Assembly: GCA_951812545.1 (NCBI GenBank)
Contig: OX638317.1
Location: forward strand, 2,297,848 to 2,361,847
DNA: 64,000 bases
Direction of reading: 5' to 3'
Origin: an uncultured Latescibacterota bacterium
GTDB lineage: Bacteria > Latescibacterota > UBA2968
Part shown: in pieces, positions 38,179 through 47,096 of the stretch
Layout of the letters: every line of letters starts with the position of its first letter
Position numbering within the stretch: position 1 is the stretch's first letter
Translations under genes and position numbers: made by a program
Notes under the pieces: model-generated
What the model was told of the DNA's origin: nothing
Database searches by the model: none
The model's input: the letters and a program-made list of their open reading frames with translations, nothing else

Positions 38179-41100
38179 TCAATAGAGAAGTCTCTTCCTG
38201 ACCTCTGCTTCGGAATCCCACCTCTCGGCATCGCGCTCGTAAGATGCGGCGACGGCCTCGAGGACCCTTCCAACAAAGGGATAGTCGAAGAGCAAGTGCT
38301 CGGCCCAAGCTCGGTATTTCGCAACGAGTTCGTGTTCTTGTTTGCCCCCTTCCTCCCGCTTATGAACGCCGCGAGAGTTGCGAATGCCGCTATAAAATCC
38401 CTCGCCGATTATCGTCGATGCTATCCCTTCTATCGCCTCGCAGACCTCTTCACAGGGCCAGATGCCATTCTTGCCAGCGGGTGCCTTGGCAAGCAGTTCA
38501 CCGATGCAATGATCCCCAATATCGGCGCGGGCGTAATTGCGGCACAGTTGCCGAACCTCAGAGATCCACGCGGCGAGTACGTGTCCATCGATCCTTCCGT
38601 CATCATTTGTACCAGGAATCTTCGTTATTTCGTTGAGAAGGAGATACGCTCCCGATCCGGCTGCCTCCCGTTGCTTGGGATCCTCGATTCTCCATTCCGG
38701 CGGGTCCTCTCCTTCGTCACTCCTTTTGTACATAAGTGCCATCACACGGGCAAAAAACGCTGGTGATTCCGTGATCTGGTTTTCGAGATTCGGGATTCCA
38801 TGCTGGCTGTACTCAAGGGGGTTGATGAACATAAATTCGAGTTCAGCCATTTCATCACGGGTGACGCCCGGGCGGCTATCAAGCGAATCCAGTGCTTCGG
38901 AAATGGAGTAACCTTCGGGCGGGTAATGGCCTTCCGGTTCAGCATTAACTGTGACAACTTCGCGCAAAAGTTTCTTGAGACGGGCCGTCTCGATATCCTT
39001 GAAACTCATTTGGACAGCGTGGAAAGCCGCACGCGGTCGCCGGACCTCCCGAAGACAATCAATCAGTTCGGTAAGTTCGGCAGGCGTGTACCGGATCACT
39101 GATGGGGAGACATTCCTCCAGTACTCGGATCGGGTATCCTCGCCATAGTCGTCCAGAAAACGCCAGGTGGATGCCTGGAACGGCGCACATACAAATAGCC
39201 GCACGCGGGCAGCGGACAACTCCTTCGCCGTAGCTTGCAACACCCCAGCGCGCGAGTCCTCCTCGATCGAGACAAGAAAACCCTGCAAGCACTGCTCAGC
39301 CTTACTCTGGAAGTCCCCGTCAAGTGAAAGGCAACACTTGATGAAATCGATCTGAGACTTCACATCGGTAACGCACGACGACATGTAATGGCCGACGATT
39401 TCGGCGGCACCACTGTCTGCAAGCAATTTCTTAACACCCTGAAAACCGCACTCTGTCCATATCTCGGTCATCGCATCGCGGCGCAGTCTGTCGATCCGCT
39501 CTACGTGCTTCTGATGGTCGAAATCTTCTTCTTCGATTTCGTCAGCCAATTCCCGCACCCACGGATTGGCGAACAGCCATCCATGCTTTATGACTGGATC
39601 GTGGGGACGGAGGCTCTCATAAACTTCACGGGTACGGGCGCGGGTCGCTTCTCCAAGTTTCTGGCGGCCCAGCCGAGAAAAGGCGGAGCATCGGATGCGC
39701 TCGCGCAGCACGGCCTTAGCGGATTCAGTGGCGTTCTGGGACCATTCCTGAATCAGGTCCCAAACCTTGGTCTGGTCTTTTTCCACCATACGAGAGAGAG
39801 ACTCTATGAGATCGCCAAGGGTTTTTTCGTCGTGAGACGGCCAAGCAATCAGCAAGTCCAGAGCCTTTCGTTCGAAGTCGTATATCTCCTTGCGTGTGAC
39901 AACCTGTCCGGCACCTGAGGCGTCACTACGCCAGCGGGGTCTGTAGCTAGGGAAGCCTGTTCGGGAACCCGGCTGGATCTGCGCGATGCAGATCGCCCAG
40001 CCAATATCCGGGAAACGTTTGATCAGAATTTCGAGCACCTTAACTCTCTCCCTCACCGAAGCTGCCGTCTGCGGCATCCATGATCTGAAGATGTCCTGAA
40101 GACTATCGCCCGGTTTATTCATCCAGTTGTCGTTTATTTTTTGCTGAGAGAGTTGGGCGAGGATTAACGATACGCGCGAGAGGTTTTGCGGTTTCCAAGC
40201 AAGATACTCCAACGCCCGGAGAAGGCCCGTTCTCGACAGTGCCAATAACGAACCACTGTCAACCGGCTTGAGAAGGATAAAAACAATAGGATCTTTGCTC
40301 TGTAAATCTTCTTCAATGAGGTTCAAAAATACACTGGGCGCGGCTTCTGCGAAGCGCGGCAGGTCGTAGTCGTGGGAGAGTAATTTTTCAAGCGTCAGCG
40401 GCGTTAGGAGTCTTCTGATCAGACCTTCGACTCGGCCTTCGACATTGATACCGAGGCGACTCTGGAATAGGTCGTTGCCGTGGACCGAGAGGATGACGAG
40501 GGTATCACAGATACTCTCGCGCAACGCGTTGGAGTAGTTGCGTTTCTTGCCGCGCAGGGCCGCGGCCCACCGTTCTTCTTCTGCGAGTTCAAGTGTCGGA
40601 TCGGACTCGGAAAGGACGTATTTGGCGGCGGTGAAGAACCGGTCGAGGTCCGCTGATATGACCCTCCTCGCTATTGCAAACAAGGCGTCAATCTTGGAGG
40701 TAACACCGTGGAACCGTCCGGAAGACCACACCGGGCTGTCATCGAACTCAAGTAGGCGCGCGACGTCGTCTTCGATCTCCTCGTAATTTCGATTCGCCAC
40801 GCAGGAGACAATCTCGCGATCCGCCTCCGATTCTGCGTGCCAAGTACCAACCATGGCCACCGGCACGAGGTCTTTTGCCGTTTTATCATCGCGTGCCCAT
40901 TCCGGCATTTTGATTGCGGCATTCTCCGAGAGGCGACGGCGCAAGATCGTTGGTGATCGGCCCGATTCCCTTGCAAGACGCTCAATTTTATCTCTCTCGA
41001 GTCCCATCGCGGTGAGTGCCTTATTGAAGGCGTCGTAGCCAAGTAAGTCGAGCGTAATATCGGCTTTTGTATCGACCGCGTTGCGTGTACGGAACACGAT

Positions 41101-41967
41101 GCAATGAAGTCGCCGATGGGCGTCACCGAGCTCGCGCTCGGTATCATGGGAATGGACTATCGGGATAAAATTCTCGGAGGACGCAACGAGCGTCTTGAGC
41201 GGCTCTGGAGAAGTGAAGACCGCGGCTCGGTCCTTGTATTGGCGGAGATCTTTGTTATCGAACAGACAGGCAAGAAAGGCGAGCGCCTCGTCCCGCGAGT
41301 CAGCCGCGACGTAAAAAGGCTTCTCACTCGGCTTGTCAAGCCACTCTTTGAACTTGTCCCGGTACACAGCGATCGAGGATGCGAAGATTTCAGGCGTTAG
41401 ATGAGGCTCGCTGGCGTTCGCCCAGCGGTGCCATACCCGTTCCAGCGTTTCATAGCCGCTGGTTGGGTGATTGAGTTGTTCGGCAAGCCAGATCTGCGCC
41501 GGCACCACCTGTTCCAGCCACTGCTCGAGATCGCTTGCGTCGAAAGCTCTGACTCCCTTCCAGTCGCCAGTCTCTTTCTTTTCGTTCTCCCAAGCGGTCT
41601 TACCAGGCCAGTTGCGAGGTGTCACAAAGACAAAGGTGCTATTTGCTCGTTCAGCGGAATCAACCGACTTTAGCCGATTGGAATAATCCGTCTCCGCTTT
41701 GTCACGTGGGTTCTGGTTGGTACCGAACTCCCAATAGGAGACCCCCTCAGGAATCCAAGGGTTGGAAGTGCCAGATGTGACGATACCATCGGGACCCTGG
41801 CGCTGCGCGTTGTCGTAGCCGGGAAAGTCAACTTGATGGAGGTCACGGCCTGTTGAATGAACGAGCTTTCGTAGTAAGACAGGAAGGAGGGTGCGAGCAT
41901 CGATCTGGTCTGCCCAGTTCTTGATCTGGCTTGCCTTGATGGTTAAAAAACTCGGGAGGTTGGTCAT
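38179..41967 (-). CDS. 1262-aa orphan protein: N-terminal nuclease-like module plus a long helical body
   Basis: The frame is clean, with an ATG preceded by GAAGAAGG. There is no Walker A/B motif. Residues 1-170 carry a D60...E80-F-G...K90 pattern that loosely fits an Mrr/PD-(D/E)xK layout. The remainder is helical-repeat-like. An R-N-x4-H motif (IRNSRGVH) lies about 65 aa from the C-terminus. Confidence 0.7.
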   Translation of the reverse strand: MTNLPSFLTIKASQIKNWADQIDARTLLPVLLRKLVHSTGRDLHQVDFPGYDNAQRQGPDGIVTSGTSNPWIPEGVSYWEFGTNQNPRDKAETDYSNRLKSVDSAERANSTFVFVTPRNWPGKTAWENEKKETGDWKGVRAFDASDLEQWLEQVVPAQIWLAEQLNHPTSGYETLERVWHRWANASEPHLTPEIFASSIAVYRDKFKEWLDKPSEKPFYVAADSRDEALAFLACLFDNKDLRQYKDRAAVFTSPEPLKTLVASSENFIPIVHSHDTERELGDAHRRLHCIVFRTRNAVDTKADITLDLLGYDAFNKALTAMGLERDKIERLARESGRSPTILRRRLSENAAIKMPEWARDDKTAKDLVPVAMVGTWHAESEADREIVSCVANRNYEEIEDDVARLLEFDDSPVWSSGRFHGVTSKIDALFAIARRVISADLDRFFTAAKYVLSESDPTLELAEEERWAAALRGKKRNYSNALRESICDTLVILSVHGNDLFQSRLGINVEGRVEGLIRRLLTPLTLEKLLSHDYDLPRFAEAAPSVFLNLIEEDLQSKDPIVFILLKPVDSGSLLALSRTGLLRALEYLAWKPQNLSRVSLILAQLSQQKINDNWMNKPGDSLQDIFRSWMPQTAASVRERVKVLEILIKRFPDIGWAICIAQIQPGSRTGFPSYRPRWRSDASGAGQVVTRKEIYDFERKALDLLIAWPSHDEKTLGDLIESLSRMVEKDQTKVWDLIQEWSQNATESAKAVLRERIRCSAFSRLGRQKLGEATRARTREVYESLRPHDPVIKHGWLFANPWVRELADEIEEEDFDHQKHVERIDRLRRDAMTEIWTECGFQGVKKLLADSGAAEIVGHYMSSCVTDVKSQIDFIKCCLSLDGDFQSKAEQCLQGFLVSIEEDSRAGVLQATAKELSAARVRLFVCAPFQASTWRFLDDYGEDTRSEYWRNVSPSVIRYTPAELTELIDCLREVRRPRAAFHAVQMSFKDIETARLKKLLREVVTVNAEPEGHYPPEGYSISEALDSLDSRPGVTRDEMAELEFMFINPLEYSQHGIPNLENQITESPAFFARVMALMYKRSDEGEDPPEWRIEDPKQREAAGSGAYLLLNEITKIPGTNDDGRIDGHVLAAWISEVRQLCRNYARADIGDHCIGELLAKAPAGKNGIWPCEEVCEAIEGIASTIIGEGFYSGIRNSRGVHKREEGGKQEHELVAKYRAWAEHLLFDYPFVGRVLEAVAASYERDAERWDSEAEVRKRLLY

Positions 41968-42109
41968 GGTTCATGCCTTCTTCAGGATGTGATCTCGATG
42001 GGATGCTGCTCGCCCTGCAATTTCGTCAACTCAATTACGATCAACAGATACAGCAATGCCATGTAGAAACTCCTTTTCTGCTGAGATATTGTCAAATAAT
42101 CTACGGTGT

Positions 42110-43945
42110 TTATCCATTGGCAATGAGCTTCAAGTTATCGGGATTCCAGATTTTTTGCGCTAACAACTGATATAGAGCTTGGCGTTGGTCTAAATCATCT
42201 TTTTTAAAATCGTCATGTGGCTTGAACGCAAGATTAAGCTCGTGTTGCTCCCTGAATTTTTGGAACCCGGGGTTGCGATCATAGGCATTTTTATGCAGAC
42301 TTTGGGCGAGTAGGTTTTGTCCAAAATAGTGTTCGAGCTTTTCGGAATATGGTTTATCACTAAAGCTAGCGTTGAAATCCTTGGGCAGTAGGAGAAGACC
42401 GCCGATTCTGTCACGATATTGCTCAAAATCAACTGGGTGGCTAAATTCATCATCGTGCCGCTCATACTTGTTTGCCCAGATGTGCTCTATTTCGTACCCT
42501 TTGTTATCTCTTTGGTTGTACTCCGCATAGCGGGAGGGTTTGCCTGATCCAGTTTCTACAAAGTCGGTCAGGCGTGCCAATATACGATGAATCTTTGGAC
42601 CATTCTGCTGATTTAATGAGAATGAGTTGTTGTGCATAAATGTTTCTGTATCTTCTGCGAGATGCTTAGTGAGTATCTTGGTTAGATCATCTACAGACTT
42701 TCTTCTTATGCTCCTTATTATCGGAAAAATTTTACCGCGCATGAAACTCTCGGCGGTCGACCTTCCGTTCCAAATGTGGCGCGTGATCAAGATATCAATA
42801 AATGAAGCGACTATACGAAGCTTGAGTTTAATCTCATCTTCGATATCAGTATGTCTAAGTGGTGCCAGCAACAATGGATATTGAAGCGTGAAATTATTAT
42901 TTGCATTGTAATAAATCGGTTCATATCCACCTTTTAGCCTTTCAGCCGCAAGACGAATGAAATTATACCACTTAGCATAAAAATTAAAGTCCTTAAAGAT
43001 GAAACTGAAAAAATCTGTTGGTTGGCGAAGATTTAAATCATTCTCCTGAGATCGGACCCATCGGTGGAACTCTGATCCAATATCTTCGAAGTGACTTATC
43101 TGATCAGCATACTGACTGCGTAGCCAACTCTTGATTGCATCGGCTTCTTCCTCCTTGCCAAGTTCTTGCAACTCAGAAATACGAGACCGCCAAGCATCAT
43201 TGGCATCATTACGCTTGGTAGTATCACTGATATTGGTCAAGAGATATCCTTTAAGCATATCTGTGGGTGTCAGTGAGAGACCACGGTCATTCATAGTCTC
43301 AAAAATGGTGTACGCGTCCTCATCAGAATAAGCAGTGATTTCAACGAGATGGACATTTTCTGTGAGCCAGTCAGCGAAATACGGTAGGGCATCGTTATAT
43401 TCTGATTCGCCATTTTTTACATCATTAGCGAGTGTATCTGGCAGATGAGCCTCAATGTCTTGGTAGCGGTTCAGAATATTGACAACTGACTCAGGTTTAC
43501 CTGCCTCATCAAAAGTATCATCTTGCATAAGTGCGTTCATACATGCAAGGCGTTCTGGAACATTAAGATTGAATGAATGTTCACCATACTGCACTGAAGA
43601 GATCATACTGGTAATTGACTGTCTTGCATCGGCGGGGAGTTGGTGATACAGGCTGATGAGCAGCAGCGTTATAGTTGTAATACGTTGCTGTCCATCGATG
43701 ATGAACTTTTGATTGTCCTTTTCACTGATAATGACAGACCCGAGGAAATAATGCCCGTACTTTTTGACTTCTTTGCGAGCATGGTTAGGATTATAACTGT
43801 CCAAGAATTTTTCGCACAGATCATTAATAAGCTCGATAACCTGTTTTTTTTCCCAGCGATACTCTCGTTGATAATAATCAATGGAAAACTTTTCCTCACT
43901 GAGCATGGATCGGATGTTTTTAGCATCACCGTGTATTTTTTTCAC
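42110..43945 (-). CDS. DUF262-DUF1524 (GmrSD/SspE/BrxU-like) type IV modification-dependent nuclease
   Basis: The GTG start is preceded by GAGAGGTGA. The N-terminal ParB-like DUF262 shows YYQREYRW and IIDGQQRITT. The C-terminal His-Me finger DUF1524 shows YEIEHIWA...IGGLLLLPKDFNASFSDKPYSEK. Confidence 0.85.
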   Translation of the reverse strand: MKKIHGDAKNIRSMLSEEKFSIDYYQREYRWEKKQVIELINDLCEKFLDSYNPNHARKEVKKYGHYFLGSVIISEKDNQKFIIDGQQRITTITLLLISLYHQLPADARQSITSMISSVQYGEHSFNLNVPERLACMNALMQDDTFDEAGKPESVVNILNRYQDIEAHLPDTLANDVKNGESEYNDALPYFADWLTENVHLVEITAYSDEDAYTIFETMNDRGLSLTPTDMLKGYLLTNISDTTKRNDANDAWRSRISELQELGKEEEADAIKSWLRSQYADQISHFEDIGSEFHRWVRSQENDLNLRQPTDFFSFIFKDFNFYAKWYNFIRLAAERLKGGYEPIYYNANNNFTLQYPLLLAPLRHTDIEDEIKLKLRIVASFIDILITRHIWNGRSTAESFMRGKIFPIIRSIRRKSVDDLTKILTKHLAEDTETFMHNNSFSLNQQNGPKIHRILARLTDFVETGSGKPSRYAEYNQRDNKGYEIEHIWANKYERHDDEFSHPVDFEQYRDRIGGLLLLPKDFNASFSDKPYSEKLEHYFGQNLLAQSLHKNAYDRNPGFQKFREQHELNLAFKPHDDFKKDDLDQRQALYQLLAQKIWNPDNLKLIANG

Positions 43946-43988
43946 AGATTCACCTCTCTAAGAATTCTGTTGAAAGCGATATCCTTTT

Positions 43989-44447
43989 TTAAATTTCGTC
44001 TTCGGGTTCAATACCCATCCAACAGAGCAACTCTATTTCGTCCTGATTGATCGGAGGGAGAAGCGGAGGGGGTTCAGTCGGCTCGAGGCCAGTCTCGAGG
44101 ATTTGCTCAATCAGGTAACTTGCGAGTGATGCGCCCTGGTGCTCATCCGATTCGAACCAACCGCGCAGCATGATCTCTTCGCGCCGCGGCCAGGGCGATT
44201 CCAAGATGTCGAGTGCTCGATGCACCCGTTCGTCGGACATATCTAATGGCGGATTGTCGCGGATAAACTCAGCCACGCGGTGGTTCAGTGGACACACCTG
44301 TGACTGTAAGTTCGCGGGAGACGCTTTCTCACAGACTTTCTGGATACTATCTGGACGTGTGTTCTTCACTCTCAATGAGGCGCACGTGACAGGACTTGAG
44401 TTGCCTATTATCAACGGCTGGCACAAAGCGCAGGTACGTGCATGCAA
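43989..44447 (-). CDS. Small hypothetical ORF (up to 152 aa, or 83 aa from ATG 44240)
   Basis: It is open only from a TTG. The first in-frame ATG at 44240 has no RBS. It is noticeably more GC-rich than its AT-rich neighbours. It may be a remnant or a small accessory protein. Confidence 0.3.
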   Translation of the reverse strand: MHARTCALCQPLIIGNSSPVTCASLRVKNTRPDSIQKVCEKASPANLQSQVCPLNHRVAEFIRDNPPLDMSDERVHRALDILESPWPRREEIMLRGWFESDEHQGASLASYLIEQILETGLEPTEPPPLLPPINQDEIELLCWMGIEPEDEI

Positions 44448-44494
44448 AATCGATGCCCGAACCCATCACCGCACAGAAGAACATACCGCAGTAT

Positions 44495-45607
44495 TCAATC
44501 TACAGGCGCTTCCTCATATTCTGGTGAAATTAGTCCTTCCAAGGCTTCACCAACTGTCTTGAAAAGCGGTAAATCAAGCAGATTCTCTTGTTCACTATGA
44601 GTTGGTGAAGGCAATTGGGCCATTGGCAACTCTTTTTTAGAACCTACAAATATGAACCTCTTTCTCTTTTGGGCACTACCATAATTTGCAGCATTTAAGA
44701 TGCGACTTTCAATATTGTAGCCCAGACTATTCATCTGTTCAGTTATTTCCTTGAGCAAAGAGCCTTTTTCTATTCCCCTTAGATTTGATACATTCTCCAT
44801 TACAAAATAAGGTGGAACTATCTCTTTCAGGAAACGGATAAATTCAAAAATCAACGCTCCCCGAGAATCACTGGTTCCCTTTTGTTTACCTGCTTGACTG
44901 AAAGCCTGGCAAGGGGGACCGCCATAAACTACCCGAATATCTTCGCGGGAGGTTTTGCACTTTTTAAGTAACTGCTCAGGAACAATTTCTGAAATATCCG
45001 CATTAAACACTGCCACTTTATCTTTGAAATACCCCTTTAGCGTATCGCAACGGTCTTTTTCAATTTCAACACAGGCTGTCGGCTCAAAATGACTCCCATC
45101 ATCCCCAAATTCTACACTCTCAGCAGCTATATCTAATCCTCCAGCTCCACTAAATAAACTAAGTGTCTTGAAAGTTTTCTCTTGCGGCCAGTGTTTCTTC
45201 AGAGAGATCATTAATGATTTAAATATGGCCTTGCCGAGTTCGATTGGCACGGCATCTCCAACCTGACTCTGAACACTGGTCAGAGACCCCTTAAATTCAA
45301 TATCATCTGGAAATCCCTGTAATCGTGCAGCTTCCCTCGGCGTGATAAATCGATTCTCATGAGGGTGAACAAATTTATTAAAAATATAACCCGTTACTGT
45401 TAAAGAAGGTTGGCTCGGATCAAGTCTTATGATGCGCAGATTAGGGCCTCCCTTGCGAGTAGGATCTTCTTTAACATAGTAACGAAAACTTTTATGCCAT
45501 AGTTCCTCTGGCAGATCCTGCATTTTCTGACCGATACCCAGCGCATTGATCCGTCGTTGGACCTCTATTCCAACTCTGCGAGGTTGATGATTAAAGACTT
45601 CCAGCAC
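44495..45607 (-). CDS. DNA (cytosine-5)-methyltransferase, circularly permuted motif order
   Basis: The GTG start is preceded by GAGGAG. Motifs IX/X (REAARLQGFPDD at residues 91-102, GDAVP at 117-121) come before motif I (FSGAGG, 152-157). Motif IV (PPCQ, 231-234), motif VI (ENV, 271-273) and motif VIII (QKRKR, 313-317) follow. Confidence 0.88.
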   Translation of the reverse strand: MLEVFNHQPRRVGIEVQRRINALGIGQKMQDLPEELWHKSFRYYVKEDPTRKGGPNLRIIRLDPSQPSLTVTGYIFNKFVHPHENRFITPREAARLQGFPDDIEFKGSLTSVQSQVGDAVPIELGKAIFKSLMISLKKHWPQEKTFKTLSLFSGAGGLDIAAESVEFGDDGSHFEPTACVEIEKDRCDTLKGYFKDKVAVFNADISEIVPEQLLKKCKTSREDIRVVYGGPPCQAFSQAGKQKGTSDSRGALIFEFIRFLKEIVPPYFVMENVSNLRGIEKGSLLKEITEQMNSLGYNIESRILNAANYGSAQKRKRFIFVGSKKELPMAQLPSPTHSEQENLLDLPLFKTVGEALEGLISPEYEEAPVD

Positions 45608-45622
45608 GGTCTTCTCCTCATA

Positions 45623-46897
45623 TTAAAAAGTAAATGTCGATCTGATCCATTCATCACGGGCCGAAACCTCAATTAAAGAAACAATACCATCAACGAGATT
45701 AAACAGCCTTGTATCCGGAGGCAAATCCTTAGCACGTCTCACAGTCCCCGATTCATCCCTTGTCCAAATTATATCTTTTAGTGCACTCATATACGCCTCA
45801 AAATGTCTAACCGCCGGAATATTTGTTACAATACCCACTTTGTAGTCAAATTTATATGCAGGCTTTCCTTCTGCGCCGATTTTCAGTACTTGATATGTCG
45901 CTTTTTTAAGATCATCCGTTCTATCCATACCCACACTCGTTTTACCATCAGAAATTGTCTCATAACCTATCCTCGGCCTCTTTGGCCAATCATCTGGTCT
46001 TGGATCAGGAGATCCACAGGCATTGGTAAACCAATATGGGAAATTTTTCTTACGCGTACCATAGCATTCAAAAGCGTCCTTCCAGAATCGAAAATAACTT
46101 TCAAGAAACGTGGAATCTAAGTTTAAGAGGTTGAGAAGTCCATCATATGCCCACGCTGTATCATTCTTTTCTTTTTTTATTCCCAACGGAAAAATGTGAC
46201 CATCCCAAATATTTTCATCTTGTTTGTAAATTGGCAAATATATTCCAATTTCAGAACCATAAAGTCCTGTGTGATCAGTCTCTCTATGGGATACGGTCTC
46301 TGTTAAATAATCTATCTCTTCGGTTAATTCTTGTGTCTGAACGACCAACGGCAATGTACAAAGCGGAGCAGCTTTAACCTCAGCGAAAAAGACCACTTCA
46401 GAGTCTAATGAATGATCTTGAAAAATCAAATCTACCGGCTCCGTTCCCCGTTTTATCTCAATGGATAAGCCTTTCCGATGAAACATTTCAGCCCAAAAAA
46501 GAGCTAAAAGTCTTGAAGTTGTCGCACCAATGGATCCAGACTGAGGTTTATTGGCTTTATGAAACACAAACTGATCTTTGAGTAAACATCTTGAGCAGGC
46601 ATTAATATATGGATAGAGTAAAAGCGGAGATTCTCCTTCTGGGCAATAAACCCATCCCACGTGAGCAACAGAGCCATAATATTCTGCTGCAACGAGAAGA
46701 TCAAAAGCCGCTGCCAAATGAAGGGGTTTTTCTCTTATATCAGACCTCAGACTAATTTCGTCTAATAGCTTAATTATCAAAGATTTTTCTACTTTCTCCG
46801 AATGAAATGGCTTTGTCCGGCTGAGAATTTCTTTAATCCAAGTATCGCCATCAGGATGTGGGGCAGTAGAAGAAAATAGACCGATTTGTTTAGACAT
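45623..46897 (-). CDS. Putative type II restriction endonuclease (PD-(D/E)xK)
   Basis: This is a 424-aa ORF that ends 15 nt upstream of the MTase start. A candidate catalytic motif is P154-V-D156 ... E173-V-K175 (EPVDLIFQD...FFAEVKAAP). Confidence 0.55.
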   Translation of the reverse strand: MSKQIGLFSSTAPHPDGDTWIKEILSRTKPFHSEKVEKSLIIKLLDEISLRSDIREKPLHLAAAFDLLVAAEYYGSVAHVGWVYCPEGESPLLLYPYINACSRCLLKDQFVFHKANKPQSGSIGATTSRLLALFWAEMFHRKGLSIEIKRGTEPVDLIFQDHSLDSEVVFFAEVKAAPLCTLPLVVQTQELTEEIDYLTETVSHRETDHTGLYGSEIGIYLPIYKQDENIWDGHIFPLGIKKEKNDTAWAYDGLLNLLNLDSTFLESYFRFWKDAFECYGTRKKNFPYWFTNACGSPDPRPDDWPKRPRIGYETISDGKTSVGMDRTDDLKKATYQVLKIGAEGKPAYKFDYKVGIVTNIPAVRHFEAYMSALKDIIWTRDESGTVRRAKDLPPDTRLFNLVDGIVSLIEVSARDEWIRSTFTF

Positions 46898-47096
46898 AAA
46901 TCACCCATCAAAAGGTTAAAGATTACGACAATTTACGAATATATTATACTACACGTTAGTTCACGTATCAAGACCAAAAACTTACTGATTCAAAACCCGT
47001 AACGATGGAAAAGGCCCGAAACTGGCTTAGAGAGCACGGCCAAATCCTCGAGCAGGATATCTGACGAGGATATTCAACCCCATCGACTATAGAACA

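Noticed and set aside
44170-44562. A 130-aa plus-strand ORF lies opposite the small GC-rich ORF and the MTase 3' end.
   Set aside because: It has no RBS and no motifs, and it overlaps the well-supported MTase gene on the other strand.
46898-47096. A short plus-strand ORF (MEKARNWLREHGQILEQDI*) and a repeated AGGATAT motif lie in the spacer between the AlbA_2 gene and the REase gene.
   Set aside because: The ORF has 19 codons and no support. The spacer more likely holds the promoter of the R-M string, but I could not identify a convincing -35/-10 pair.
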